The position numbers and the translations under genes are program-made. Source: Camelus ferus (Eukaryota). From it: 64,000 nucleotides of DNA. The stretch spans positions 105,526,001-105,590,000 of the forward strand of contig NC_045696.1 in assembly GCF_009834535.1 (NCBI RefSeq), in the 5' to 3' direction. Under the pieces are notes generated by a model. It was not told the origin of the DNA. It saw only the letters and a program-made list of their open reading frames with translations, and searched no databases. Position 1 is the stretch's first letter, and every line of letters begins with the position of its first letter. Of the stretch, positions 34,216 to 46,129 are shown in pieces.

Positions 34216-35029
34216 GCTCACTGATGGCAAGATTGGCCTGAAAGGACCTCAGCAGCCAAACCATCCACTCTCTCACATCCTTGAGCAGGACCAGGTCATG
34301 GAAAATCAACAAGAACTCCCATCAAAGTGGGCTCTGTGAAAAGAGCTAGCAAGCAGGGTGCCCTCTGCACCCCACCCCCCACAACCTCATCCTCATGGCT
34401 GCCGGCCCAGCAGCCCATGTTTACATTTCTCCCTCAATCTGGAGGCTGCAGATTGAAATTATCTCCTCTCAGCTGTGTCAGCCTGTCCTGAGCCTTGCTC
34501 TCAGTCCCAGTACCTCCCAGCAAGCCCAAGGTAGCCACAGCTGGGGTCTGATAAAGTTGGCTCTGTCCCCTGGGTTTCTGACAAGGTGGGAGAGAGAGGG
34601 ACTCCTTGCCCCCACACTGCAGCAGGGCCTTCTCAGCAAGCGGCACCCCCTGCCTGGGGACTGAGGGGAAGTGGAGGGCTCCCCACCCCATCCCAGCCCC
34701 AGCAGCCTCTGGGAGCCACAGAGGTACCCACCAGAGAACCCAGGGGGAGCAGAGTCTGTGGCTGGCCCCAGACCTCCACACTGCAGCCCAGGTCACCCAG
34801 TGGGCAGTGACTCCCAGGGAAGTGAAGAGATACAGGGCCTCCCTCATTTTAGATTCTCTCTGCTCATAGCTGTCCTCACAATCTTTGTGATAAAAGCACT
34901 TGCTGTGCAACCCTGAGGGAGTTCCCTCCCCTCTTTGGGCCTCAGTGACTTCATCTATACAGTGAGGAACAAGGGTAGATGTTCTCGGGTGATGTGCAAG
35001 GATCTGCCTAGGGCCAGGCTCTTCTAAGC

Positions 35030-35135
35030 CCCCTGAGGCCATTCCTAATTCTTATCCATATTCCTAGCACCCAACACAATGCCTGGCACTCAGTAGGGGC
35101 TCAAAGAGTGTTTGTTGACTGAATGAATGATGCAT
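35030..35135 (+). mobile_element. L2 3' end
   Basis: CCTAGCACCCAACACAATGCCTGGCACTCAGTAGG...TTTGTTGACTGAATGAATG. Confidence 0.85.
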
Positions 35136-36888
35136 GTTCATCTGTCCCCCTCCCCTGCCAGTAATGACTCCCCTTTCCAAGCCCTCAGAATCCTTCTGAA
35201 CCCTATCACACCTTGGAACTCATCTCAGTACCCTCTTGGCCAACCATGGTTTCTAGGCAATACATTGATCTATGGAGTGATCTTTCCCCAACTCTGCTCT
35301 CAGTGTGTGGTCTCAATAAAAATCACTGAGTGCACTGTGGGAACTTTAGAAACTCTGGCTATGACCATTATTATAGTGTCAGACAAGCTCATTCACATTA
35401 AAGTCTTAATAGTCAATAGGCAATGAACTGGTCTCTTTTCTAGAAGGGTTCTAAGAAGGGATGACCCCAGAGAACAAATCTCTAAGCATACGTCTCCTGT
35501 GTTACAGGAAGCTCTAGCCTGGCTCCCAGGTGAGGGAAGGAGGTTGGGCAGGAGTTCCAGCAGGAACACAGTATCCTGAGGCTACAGTCCACATCCTAGA
35601 AAGTCAGAGGAGACAGAGCGAGGGCAGGGGCTTGCCAGCCAGCCAGGCTATTAGGATACATCCCTGTGCTGAGGGTCCACGTACTTACCATCCACTGCAA
35701 CAGTGATGGTAAAAGAGCTGATAGTGGAATTGCAGGCAAAGAAGTCTAGGATGGGGACAGCATGGGCTGAGCCACTCAGACATTCTGTAGCAGGAAGCCA
35801 TGCTCAGCCTAGAACCTGGCACCAAGTCTGAGGAGTTTGCAAAGAGCTAAAACAGGCTGAGCAACGTGTCTACAATATGAAATAATTACAGATGTGATGG
35901 CTGAGTGCCAAACTGTGACATGGTCAGTACTGAACTCCTACTCATACTTCAAAATCTTGATAAGGATTTCTGCTCCTGGAAGTATTATGGATTCAACATT
36001 CAAAAAGCAAACAAACAAACTTCTGGTTTTAAAAATGTAAGTGCTAGATGAAATACATCAAACAATCTTTTTAAATGAAGGGCTGAATCTGGAGTAAGAC
36101 AAGGACATGCCAAATGTCAAAGGTGAAGAGAAGACGGGTCTCTAGCCTGGAGAGCCAGGGCTGCACCAGGGCAGCTCCCAGGTATTCGCTGATACAGGGA
36201 CACTGGGATCTCAGGGTTTATTGGCAGCAGAGGAGACAAGGCCTTAGGCATATGTGTGCTTCTATCCCCTATCCAGCTCCACACACAGAAGTTGGGGTCT
36301 ATGAAGGGCTACACCCTCAGTGAAAGGATGAACTAGAAAAAAAGTCTCTCCACCATCAAAGGGAGATGAGATAACAGGTCTAAGATTTGATCTTAGGCTT
36401 GGATCCAAGTGGGGAAAAGGAAAATAAAAGAATAAAGACTGCTGACAATTCATAAGCATAGTCCTGAGCTCTGCAAGCCTGGGGGTCAAATTTATACTTT
36501 CTGCTTGGTCCAGGAAACCCCAAGTCATGAAATTAAAATGGTCCCAGACGGGCAGGGCTTTGTGGCATCTGACAAAGGCAAAAGCAAATTCCCTCTGGAG
36601 GAGCACCACCAACCTAGGCCCCCGAGGTTCCCTCCAGGTTTAGAGTGGTCGACAGAGCTTGCAGTCAGAAAGGTGTAAGACACATAAGGAACAGTAAGTG
36701 GGAATCATCAGAAACAACGAGGAGAAGTATATCCAGAAGGACTTGAAACACTGGAACGATCAGGTCCAAAATATGAAATTAGCAAGTTTAAATTATTTAA
36801 CAAAGTAAAACGAGGAACTGAAGTGCTAGTAAAGCAAGGAACAGAGACTAATAAAACTGACCAGGCCTATTAGATGGATAGGTGGATG

Positions 36889-36928
<40 letters not shown>
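36889..36928. repeat. (GATA)10 microsatellite
   Basis: Perfect tetranucleotide run preceded by GATG variants. Confidence 0.98.
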
Positions 36929-36929
<1 letters not shown>

Positions 36930-37494
36930 ACCTTAAAATGGAAACTCAAATCACTGAAATTTAAAGCCCAATGGAATTGGTTAAACAGTTGAATGAAGAA
37001 TTTGTGAGCTGGAAGACATTTCTAAAGAAATGGTATAATGTAGCACAGAGATTTAAAAAAAAAAAAGAAAAATGTAAGAGACACTGAGAGACATGGAGGA
37101 TAAAATGAGAAGGCCTAAACTGTGTCTAACTGAGATTCCTGAAGATGCAATTTAGGGACAGACAATATTTGAAGAAATAATGGCTAAGAATCTTTTAATA
37201 GTTGATAAAGGACATGAGTCATCAGATCCAAGAATCACAAGAAATCCAAGCAGAATAAATAAAAATTAATTCACATGTACACACATCATAGTGAGACTGA
37301 AGAAGACATAGAAAAGATTTTTCAAGAATGCAATACAGAAAAGACAGATACTTATAAAAGAACAACAGGCAGACCAACAGCCACAATGGAAGCCAAAAAG
37401 CAGAGGAATGATATCATCAGCATGCTGAAGGAAAATAACTATCTCCCTAGAATTCTAAACTCAGCTCAACTCTCACTCAAGAATGAGGATAATA

Positions 37495-38070
37495 CTGTTG
37501 ATGGATGAATGTATAAAGATGTGAGATACACACACCCTCATATACACACAATGGAATATTACTCAGCCTTAAAAAAGAAGGCAAGCCTGCCATTTGCAAC
37601 AACATGGATGAACCTAGAGGATATTATGCTAAATGAAATAGGCCACATGCATAAAGACAAATACCGCATTGTCTCCCTTATATGTGGAATCTAAAATAAT
37701 CAAGTTCATAGAACCAGAGAGTAGGATGGTGGTTACCAGGGGCTGGGAAGGAGGGAGAAATGAGGAGATGCTGGTCAAGAGGTACAAAGTTTCAGTTATG
37801 CAAGTTAAGTTCTGGAAGTCTAATGTACAACAATATGCCTATAGCTAAAATACAGTATTATATTTTTGAAATTTGCTAACAGGGCAGATCTTAAGTGTTC
37901 TCATTATGCACACACATACACAAATAGTTGCTATGCAATGAATTTGTTAATTAGCTTCATCATGGTGACTATTTCACAATGTATACGTATATCAAATCAT
38001 CAAGTTGTACATCTTAAATATGTGCAGTCTAAAATTGTCAATTATGCCTCAATAAAGCTGGAGGGAAAAT
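37495..38070 (+). mobile_element. L1 3' end (L1MA/MB-like) nested in L1 ORF1
   Basis: MEYYSALKKKASLPFATTWMNLEDIMLNEI; degenerate TSD AAGAATGAGGATAATA (37479-37494) / AAGAATTAGAGGACAATA (38071-38088). Confidence 0.88.
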
Positions 38071-38949
38071 AAGAATTAGAGGACAATAGCCTTTCAGACA
38101 AAGAACTGAATTTACTACCATATACCTTCTCTAAAAGACCAAAAGAAGAAGGAAACTGAACCAGAAAGATCGTGTATACAGGAAGGAACTGGGAAGAAAG
38201 AAAACGGTAAACGTGTAGGCAAAGCTAAGTAGCATCAGTTCTACTAAGTGATAATAATGGCCATATTGGGGGGAAAAAAAGCAATTTGGACCTGAACTAG
38301 TGCACAATAATAACAAGGAAGGCATGGAAGATGGGAGAAAGGTGATTACCTTTAAGTATTAAAGGTACCTGTTAAAACTTTAAGATTCACCGCTAAAATG
38401 AGAGTTAAACTTCCTAAATCAATTGAGAAAGAAAATGGAATTTTTTTTTAAAACTCTGAATCAAAGTTAAGCAAGACACAAATTGTCCCTGACCTTGAGG
38501 AGTTCAGAGTCTCCTCAAGGGGACACTGAGTGCAGGGGGTAAGCAAATAAGGACATGATTCTACTGACAACATTTGAAATGTATGATAAGGTCAGGGGTT
38601 GACGAGAAAACGGAAAATATGGGGAAACGGGTTGTTACAGCTCCGCTGAGTGTAAGTTGGTGCGGTTTCTTGGGAGGGCAACTTGCCGTTGGCATCCCTG
38701 GACTGCCCCTCTCACTGCCGGGCCCCAGAGCCATTCACCCACGTGCAGGTGTCTGAAGGGGCACACACAGGCACGCTGCTGCAGCACTATGTGACTATCA
38801 GAGCCCCAAGAACAAGCTAAACACCCATGAACAAAGGAAAGGCCAAAACTGCAGTTTAGCCATAACAGAATATTTCTCTACAGCAAAAAGGAAGACAGGG
38901 TAGATCTACTATGTTCTAATAGCACATATCTAATATCAAATACTCACCC

Positions 38950-39033
38950 TACACACACACCCCCACACCCACACACACACACACACATACACACACACAC
39001 ACACACACACCCCACACACACCCCACACACACA
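38950..39033. repeat. Imperfect (CA)n microsatellite
   Basis: CA run interrupted by CCCC and TA. Confidence 0.95.
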
Positions 39034-39789
39034 TCCCAGGCAGAGCTCTCCCAGGCCCAGGACGGGACCCTGGCAGCTCACAGCTGTGCAATAAATGTGG
39101 ACTGAACTGAACTGAGGGAAGTACTGCAGAGAGGAGTCAGGAGGAACAGTGAGATTATTAGCCAGGAGGAGCTTCCAGCAGCAAGAGAATAAGAGAGTGG
39201 AAGAAAGTTCCTGGCTGACACTATGGGGATGCTTTGTCCCCAAGCAAAGGGGCACAAGCAGAGGAAAACCCCACAGCCTCATGCACATCTGGCGCATAGG
39301 TGCTTACATCCCTCCACCCGAGGGCAACTGGGTGTCAGGAACCAGCCCTAGGCTGGCGTGAGGGTGGGAGGGGAAGTCTGGAAGAGGCCCAGGCAGCAAG
39401 CCCCCATTCTCGCCTCCTCCCCACACTATCAGCTCTTGTCTTCCTGTTTGACCGAACTTGTCAAGTGTGTTTTTGAAAGCCTCTATCTCTGGGAAGAGTT
39501 ATGGGTTTGGGGGGTCCAGATCTCTCAGGGGGCCACAGTGACCACCCAGCCCACGACTCTGGCACCTCTACCCTGAACTCCCAGAGGCAGGAAGGTTTGC
39601 AGTACTTGGCTTATTTCCACCAGGTTTCTCTCCCACAGGAGGCCTGTAGGATTAGGTAAAGCAGGCGTGTGTGTGCACGCATGTGAGTTCCAACTTGACT
39701 GCTACCCAGCCACATACATAATTGTCTCCTAATGTGTGCTGGACACTTTTCTGGACACTAGAGATGAACCAGCTCCTTTCCATGTCCTC

Positions 39790-40070
39790 ATCCTGACTCC
39801 CTCTTTACTCGCCATTCTGTACTTTCTATGGAATATTATTATATCTATCTGCACACACAACAGGCTGTTTCTCACTGCCAAGCTTTCACTCAGCTCTTCC
39901 TCCTGCCTGGAACTCCTTTCCTTTCTTACCTGGTTAACATTTACCTCTCTCTCAGACTTGGCTCAGCTGTCACTGCCTCCAGGAGGTCTCCCTTTTCACT
40001 CCTCCGTTCTTCATTGGGCTAGGTGTCTCTCTTTAGGACTTCCATCATGTCCTGGATTATGTATATTGTG
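39790..40070 (+). mobile_element. L2 fragment
   Basis: CTCTTCCTCCTGCCTGGAACTCCTTTCC...CAGCTGTCACTGCCTCCAGGAGGTCTCCC. Confidence 0.7.
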
Positions 40071-40074
40071 AAAC

Positions 40075-40190
40075 GTATAGCAATACTAAAACTAACATTT
40101 ATGGAGCGCTGTCTCTGTCCAGGGGTGGTACTAAGCAGTTAACATGTATTAACATTTTTAATCTTCCTTATATCCCTATGAAATGGGAAA
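40075..40190 (-). mobile_element. MIR fragment
   Basis: CTAACATTTATGGAGCGCT...TACTAAGCAGTTAACATGTATTAACATTTTTAATCTTC. Confidence 0.75.
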
Positions 40191-40560
40191 GCTTCTAGCT
40201 GCCTTCCTGAGTCATTCTCTCTCCTTCCTTACTCACTTAACTCTAATTCTGTTGGGAATTCCAAGGTGTCCAGCTTAATAATTACATTTCATTCATAACT
40301 TTGCAATTAAATTCTGCCCAATGGGATGTAGGTAGAAGTTGTTAGGGGAGAATTATAGGAATATCCTTTAAAGGGTGGCTGATGCAGCTGGAAAGCACAT
40401 GTTGCCCTTTGTCTTCCATTGTTACTCCAGCCTGGGATGTTAACTTGATGGCTTGAGCTGCCATAGTCATGTTGCAGCCATGAGACAATCTTTGAAAAGA
40501 AGGCCATACTCTAAAAACGGTCAAAGAGAAAAACAGGAGTTCTATTTTTGATACAACCAA
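40190..40560 (+). mobile_element. ERVL-type LTR (LTR16/LTR33-like), partial
   Basis: TTCTGCCCAATGGGATGTAGGTAGAAGT and GATGGCTTGAGCTGCCATAGTCATGTTGCAGCCATGAG motifs. Confidence 0.7.
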
Positions 40561-40564
40561 TGGA

Positions 40565-41335
40565 CTCTTACTGGCCCCAGTGATAATAACTATTAACTCT
40601 GGGCAAAATTAAAAATGCAACTATCTAAAGGAGAGTGAACAAAAGTAAGCAGATTTTGGAGGGGGAGTTGGCATTTGAACAGGGATGGGGCACAGGCTGT
40701 TACCCATTTTTATGGCTTTTAGCTTGAAGACAGTTCAAAGCTTGAACAGACGCTGAGTGGTGAGCACCATGAGGGAGTAACCAAAGTTCTTACAGAAAAC
40801 ACAGTTTTTCTGGCTTAAAGAACCAAAGGATAAAGCTCAGGGAAACCTTAGCTGTTGGAAAGTGAAAGAGGAATCTCCTTTCTAAGCAGAAATCTGAAGA
40901 TGAAGAGCCCTGAATTCTACCCAGAAACTCTGTCAAACCTCTGGTGACTGCTGATCCACGCACTCAGGGAGCAGGCTCATAGCTGCCCGGCTAGGGATAA
41001 AAGAACTCAGTGAGATTTGTGTTGTAGCCCCTGAAAAAGAGTTTGCAGTTTGAATCCAACCAAGTTAATTACAAGCTAAAACAAAAGTAAGCGCTCTCCA
41101 TAAGAATATAACAAAATCCAATGCCTCCACAATTACACTCACAATGTGTAGGATACAATTAAAAAATATTACTCAATCTATGAAGAACAGGACAATGTAA
41201 TCAATTCACAAGAGAAAAGACAATTAATGAAGATCCAGATGGTGGAATTAACAGATAAGAATTTTAAAGAAGTCGTTATAATTATGATCAAGGATGTAAA
41301 GAAAACACACTAGTAATGAAAGAAGATGGAAACAG
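40565..41335 (+). mobile_element. Old L1M 5' region
   Basis: A-rich L1 5'/ORF1-start-like sequence (CCAGATGGTGGAATTAACAGATAAGAATTTTAAAGAAG). Confidence 0.65.
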
Positions 41336-42189
41336 AAATTTGCACTGATGCTTCTGGGCTGGGTGTACCTGGAGAAGATGGGATACCTGAGCAGAGCTGG
41401 GATTGAGTGACGAGAGAGGGGAAAGGAAGAAAAGGAAAGGAAGGTAAGGAAAAGGAAAAAGAGGTGAGGAGAAGAGAGAGAAAAGTGCAGACCAGCAAGT
41501 GCGTGGGTTCCAAAGGCTAGAGAATAGAGTCCTGAGGAGGGACAGGCAGCCCCCGCCTCCTGACTCCTATGACCTGAGAATCATCCCTCATCAGGATGCC
41601 TCTGTCCTCGGTCTGCCACCCTGTACAACCCTCAGGAGCATTGCTTACTCTGTGACCCTCCAACTCTATCTTCTTCTAAAATTGCTGCATCCAGGCAGGG
41701 ACATTCTAATATTCATCCAAAGTGTGGGGAGAGGAACAGGGAAATAAACATAGGCTCTATTATGAACTATGAGAGTTATAGGCCAGGACTTTTTCTGTAC
41801 CATTGCAAAGCCCCTTCTCATCCTTGCTCCCAGCTTCCATCCATGTGGTGGACACCTTCAAGCCTGAACCCATGTGGACTTGCACTAGTTGCTCCTAGGA
41901 GGGCTCTATCTGGACAGCTGGGCCACCAGCCAGCACTGCCCAACCATATATTCATCGTGAAGGGCAATAGGGCTGTGTTACTGTTGACAGTGATGCTGGG
42001 GTTCTGGGAGGACTCTGGGTATACTCAGAGAAACAAAGAACTTCAAGGTATGGTTTCCCCAAGTGCAATACCAAAGTCATAGCCCTCTGTTCACTGACAG
42101 CAGCAAACAGAACAAGCATAAACATCAGCACCTAAGCCACCTTTGTACCCCTCTTCTCCCAGGCAGCTTTACAGCTGATTTTCGCCCCT

Positions 42190-42370
42190 TATAATGATTC
42201 TAGGAGGTTGTTAGGACAGAGTCTTCCCTCCCAGTTTTCACAGGGGAAAACTGAGGCCCTCAGAAATTAAGAGGTCAGTTTCAGTTTGCACAGTGATGTA
42301 GAAAAAGTAGCAGATGTGGGTCTATGACCTAGGAGTCCTGTGCCCCAGCCAGAGCTCTGTCGCACTAACC
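42190..42370 (-). mobile_element. MIR
   Basis: CCCAGTTTTCACAGGGGAAAACTGAGGCCC core. Confidence 0.65.
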
Positions 42371-42862
42371 AGAGAGGCAGGCACCTTCCCCCCATCCCAT
42401 TATTCCACACCCTACTATTGCTTGTGCTATAGGCATGCCACTCAGCTATGAGCTCTTGGAGGGTAAAGAATGTATCGCTTCACTGTTGTCTCCAGCAGCC
42501 AGCATGGAGCAGACTGAGATTTGGGAAGAATAATGTAAAAGCTTAAATCAGCCTTGGGAAGAGCGCAAGTGCAAGGCGGACACTCCAGTAGTCACCGCTT
42601 CTCTCCCAATGAGCATATGAGTGCAGCCACCCCAGCAGTGGAGACCACCAGCAAGAACACAACACATGACATCTTTGGGCAAAGGAAATTGAAACCAACT
42701 CACTCAGTTGGCCACCTTTTTTTTTTTTTTTCAACATCCCTCTAAAAGCAGGCAGGCAAAGAAGCTGGCTCAGAACCTGGGGAGCTGGAATGCATTTAGG
42801 GGCTCTGAGGTTGTCCAACCGGAACCCGCACATCCAGAGACGCCACCTCATTTCCCAGGTCC

Positions 42863-42954
42863 TGACAAGCTGATTGAGCCATGACAGGAAAAGTAACTGG
42901 CGGGTGATTGCAAACTATCCAGTGTCAGCTCATTGTTCCGAGAGGAAGCTGTCA
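42863..42954. promoter_or_regulatory. Candidate enhancer: MEIS/PBX/SOX motif cluster
   Basis: TGACA/TGTCA cores at 42863, 42882, 42923, 42950; TGATTG at 42871 and 42905; CATTGTT at 42931. Confidence 0.4.
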
Positions 42955-43194
42955 GGACCAGACCTCCCGGGAGTGCCTGGGGCCTCTGGTTCTTATTTTT
43001 CCCTTTGTAGGTGGGAGGATGATGGGGGTGGCGGCAGGGAGCCATTATCCTTTCCCCCACCCAACTGGACACTCCCAATCAGATGTCATCAGGCCAGGGT
43101 CTCCACATTCCCAACTCCCAGATGAGGGGAAGAGGGGCCGCTGAATGCTGTTTTCCTCTAGGGTTCCTTTAAAAACAAAAGTTCTGTGTTTTTT

Positions 43195-43330
43195 GCTTGT
43201 TTGTTTTGGCAGCCAGGGAGTAATTACATTTATTTATTTAACTTTTTTCTTTTAACAGAGGTACTGGGGATTGAACCTATGACATCGTGCTTGCTAAGCA
43301 TGCACTCTACCACTGAGCTATATCCTCCCT
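43195..43330 (-). mobile_element. tRNA-Ala-derived SINE (Vic-1-like), long form
   Basis: TSD CAAAAGTT(C/G)TGTGTTTTTT at 43176-43194 and 43331-43349; A and B boxes and AGC loop on the minus strand. Confidence 0.95.
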
Positions 43331-43349
43331 CAAAAGTTGTGTGTTTTTT

Positions 43350-45192
43350 ATTGTGACAAGAATACTTAACATGAAATGACCCTTTTAACAAAATTTTAAG
43401 TGTACATAATGAATTGCTGACTATGGGTACAATCTGGTACAGCAGATCTCTAGAACTTACTAATTTTGCATAACTGCAATTTTATGCCTATTGACTGTCA
43501 CTCTTCATTTCCCCTATCTTGAGCCCCTGGCAATCACCGTTCAACTCTTTGACTCTATGAATTTGACTACTATAGATACCTCATATAAGTGGAATCATTC
43601 AGTATTTGTCATTTTGTGACTGGCTTATTTCACTTAGCATAATGTCCTCAAAGTTCCTCCACGATGTCGCACATTGCAGAATTTCCTTCTTTTTGAGGCT
43701 GAATAATAGTCCATTGTATGTATATACCATGTTTTCTTTATTGATTTACCTGATGTCAGTGAACATTTAGATGACTTTCACATCTTGGCTGTTGTGAACA
43801 GTGCTGTGCTGTGGCAAACATGGAAGTGCTAATACCGTGCCAAGACCCTGGTTTCAATTCTTTTGGACAGACACCCAGAAGTGGGATTACTGGTTCTATT
43901 TTTAAAACGTTGAGGAACCTCAAAATTGTTTTCCACAATGGCGGTACCATTTTGCATTTCCAGAAACAGTGTACAAGGGTTCCAATTTCTCCACATCCTT
44001 GCCAATATTTGTTCTTTTATGTTTTTTGATAATAGCCATTCTGACAAGTGCGGTAATATCTCATTGTGGTTCTGATTTACATTCCCCTGATTAGTGATTT
44101 AGTGATTAGGGGCTGCCTGTATGTCTTCTTCAGAAAAATGTCTATTCAAATCCTTAACCCATTTTTAATCAGGTTATTAGTTTTGCTGCTATTAAGTTGG
44201 AGTTAAGTTACATATTTTGGAGATTAACTCCTTATCAAATATACAGTTTGAATTCTGGAGGTTGCCTTTTCAGCTATTGATTATTTCCTCTGCTGTGCAG
44301 AAGCTTTTTAGTTTGATCTAGTCCAACTTGTTTATTTTGTTTTTGTTGCTTTTGCTTTTGGTGTCACGTCCATGATATTGCCAAGACCAGTGTCATGAAG
44401 ATTTTCCCCTATGTTTTCTTCTAGAAGTTTTAGTTTTAGGTTTTATGTTTAAGTCTTTAATTCATTTTGAGTTGATTGTTGTGCATGTGTATGTTAAGGG
44501 TCCAATTTCATTATTTTGCATACAGATATGCAGTTTTCACAACACCATTTGTTGAAGAGTCTATCCCTCCACTGTTGTGTATTCTTGGTAACCATGTCGA
44601 AGATCAGTTGGCCATTAATGTGTGGATTTATTTCTGGGCTTTGTATTCTGTTCCATTGGTCTACATGTCTGTCTTTATGCCAGTACCATCTTGTCTTAAT
44701 TATCGTAGCTTTGTCATGTTGAGGTATTTTGGAAAATACCAAAGTAAAGACCACGTATGACAAATCCACATCTAACAACATATTCAATGGTGAAAGGTTG
44801 AAAGCCTTTCCTCTAAGATCAGGAACAAGGCAAGGATGCCCACTCTCACTGCTTCTATTCGACATAGTAGTGGAAGTCCTAGCCAGAGCAATTAGTCAAG
44901 AAAAAGAAATAAAAGAAATCCAACTAAGAAATAAGAAGTAAAATTGTTCCTGTTTGCAGATGATGTGATCTTACATATAGAAAACCCTAAAAACACCACC
45001 AAAAAAAACTTTAGATCTAATCAACAAATTCAGTAAAGTTGCAGGATACAAAATAAACATACACTAACTCTATAAACTAACAAGCCACCTGAAAAGGAAA
45101 TTATGAAAATAATATTATTTACAATAGCACCAAAAGAGAATGAAATACTTAGGAATAAACTTAGCTAGGGGAGGTGAAAGACTTGTATACTG
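43350..45192 (-). mobile_element. L1 (L1MA/MB-like) with inverted 5' part: 43350-~44730 minus, ~44730-45192 plus
   Basis: Minus-strand 3'UTR and ORF2 end ([22 protein letters not shown]); plus-strand RT segment [14 protein letters not shown] with FADD at 44953-44964. Confidence 0.9.
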
Positions 45193-45657
45193 ATATTGTA
45201 TACTCATGGCTGCATAGTATTCCAGCATATGGATGTATTAAAATTTATTTCTTCATTCTCCTACTGACAGACATTTAGGAGTTTTTTAGGCTTTTCACTT
45301 TTCCAACAAACCCTGGACATACTTGTGCATATATTTGACCATTGTTGAGTGAGAATTTTTAGAAATAGAAGTCCTGAGTTGAAGGATAAGGCAGTTTTCA
45401 ATTTAACAGATCTTGTCAAATTGCTGATGGCCTCTTTGAAAAGATAGCAAGTAAATCTTTTAACACATAAACAAAACTCTTCATTTGCTTGAGTCTGTGC
45501 CAATCCCAAAGATGGTCCCATCTTTCTATATTCTTCTTCTCATAGAAAATACTTTTCTTTCCCAAAGAGGTATTTTTCTTAGAGGCTCAGCCCTCACTTT
45601 CTTGTTAGGGGTTGTGCAGCTTCCAAGTATCTGAAACTTATGTAAGGAATGCATTTT

Positions 45658-45766
45658 TCTTAAGTTTTTAAAAAATTTTTGTTAGTGGAGGTACTAGGGA
45701 TTAAACCCAGGACCTCATGTATGCTAAGCACACGCTGTATCACTGAGCTATACCCCCTCCCACCAA
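45658..45766 (-). mobile_element. tRNA-Ala-derived SINE (Vic-1-like), short form
   Basis: TSD GAATGCATTTT at 45647-45657 and 45767-45777. Confidence 0.93.
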
Positions 45767-46129
45767 GAATGCATTTTCATGCCATGGAGTCTTATTCCTG
45801 CCCTGCCTTCTTCATTCCCATTCAGGGGCTGGTCACACACAGAGGTGACACCATCAGGAATGTTGTGAAGAGCCCTGTGGGCAGTTCACCCCAAAGGCAA
45901 GCATAATGAGTTCTAACTAGAGCCATCTATTCTCACACAGGAGGTGGAGGCACAAATTTATATATCTTTTGGGGAAGGGGGTTATTGGACATTGTCTATT
46001 GACATTTTAGAAGTGCATTTCTATGAATCAGCAACATTAACCTCTGTAATAATTAGAAACAATCTACTTTCTCAGTAGACTATGGGATCATCTACTTGGA
46101 ATAATGATCAGGCATGAGGACCACCCACA

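Larger units (their letters stand above)
35990..38460 (+). mobile_element. Old L1M 5' region and ORF1 remnant, interrupted at 37495-38070
   Basis: ORF 37275-37508 contains ATMEAKKQRNDIISMLKENNYLPRILNSAQLSLKNE (L1 ORF1 C-terminal domain); continues CTTTCAGACAAA after the insert. Confidence 0.8.
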
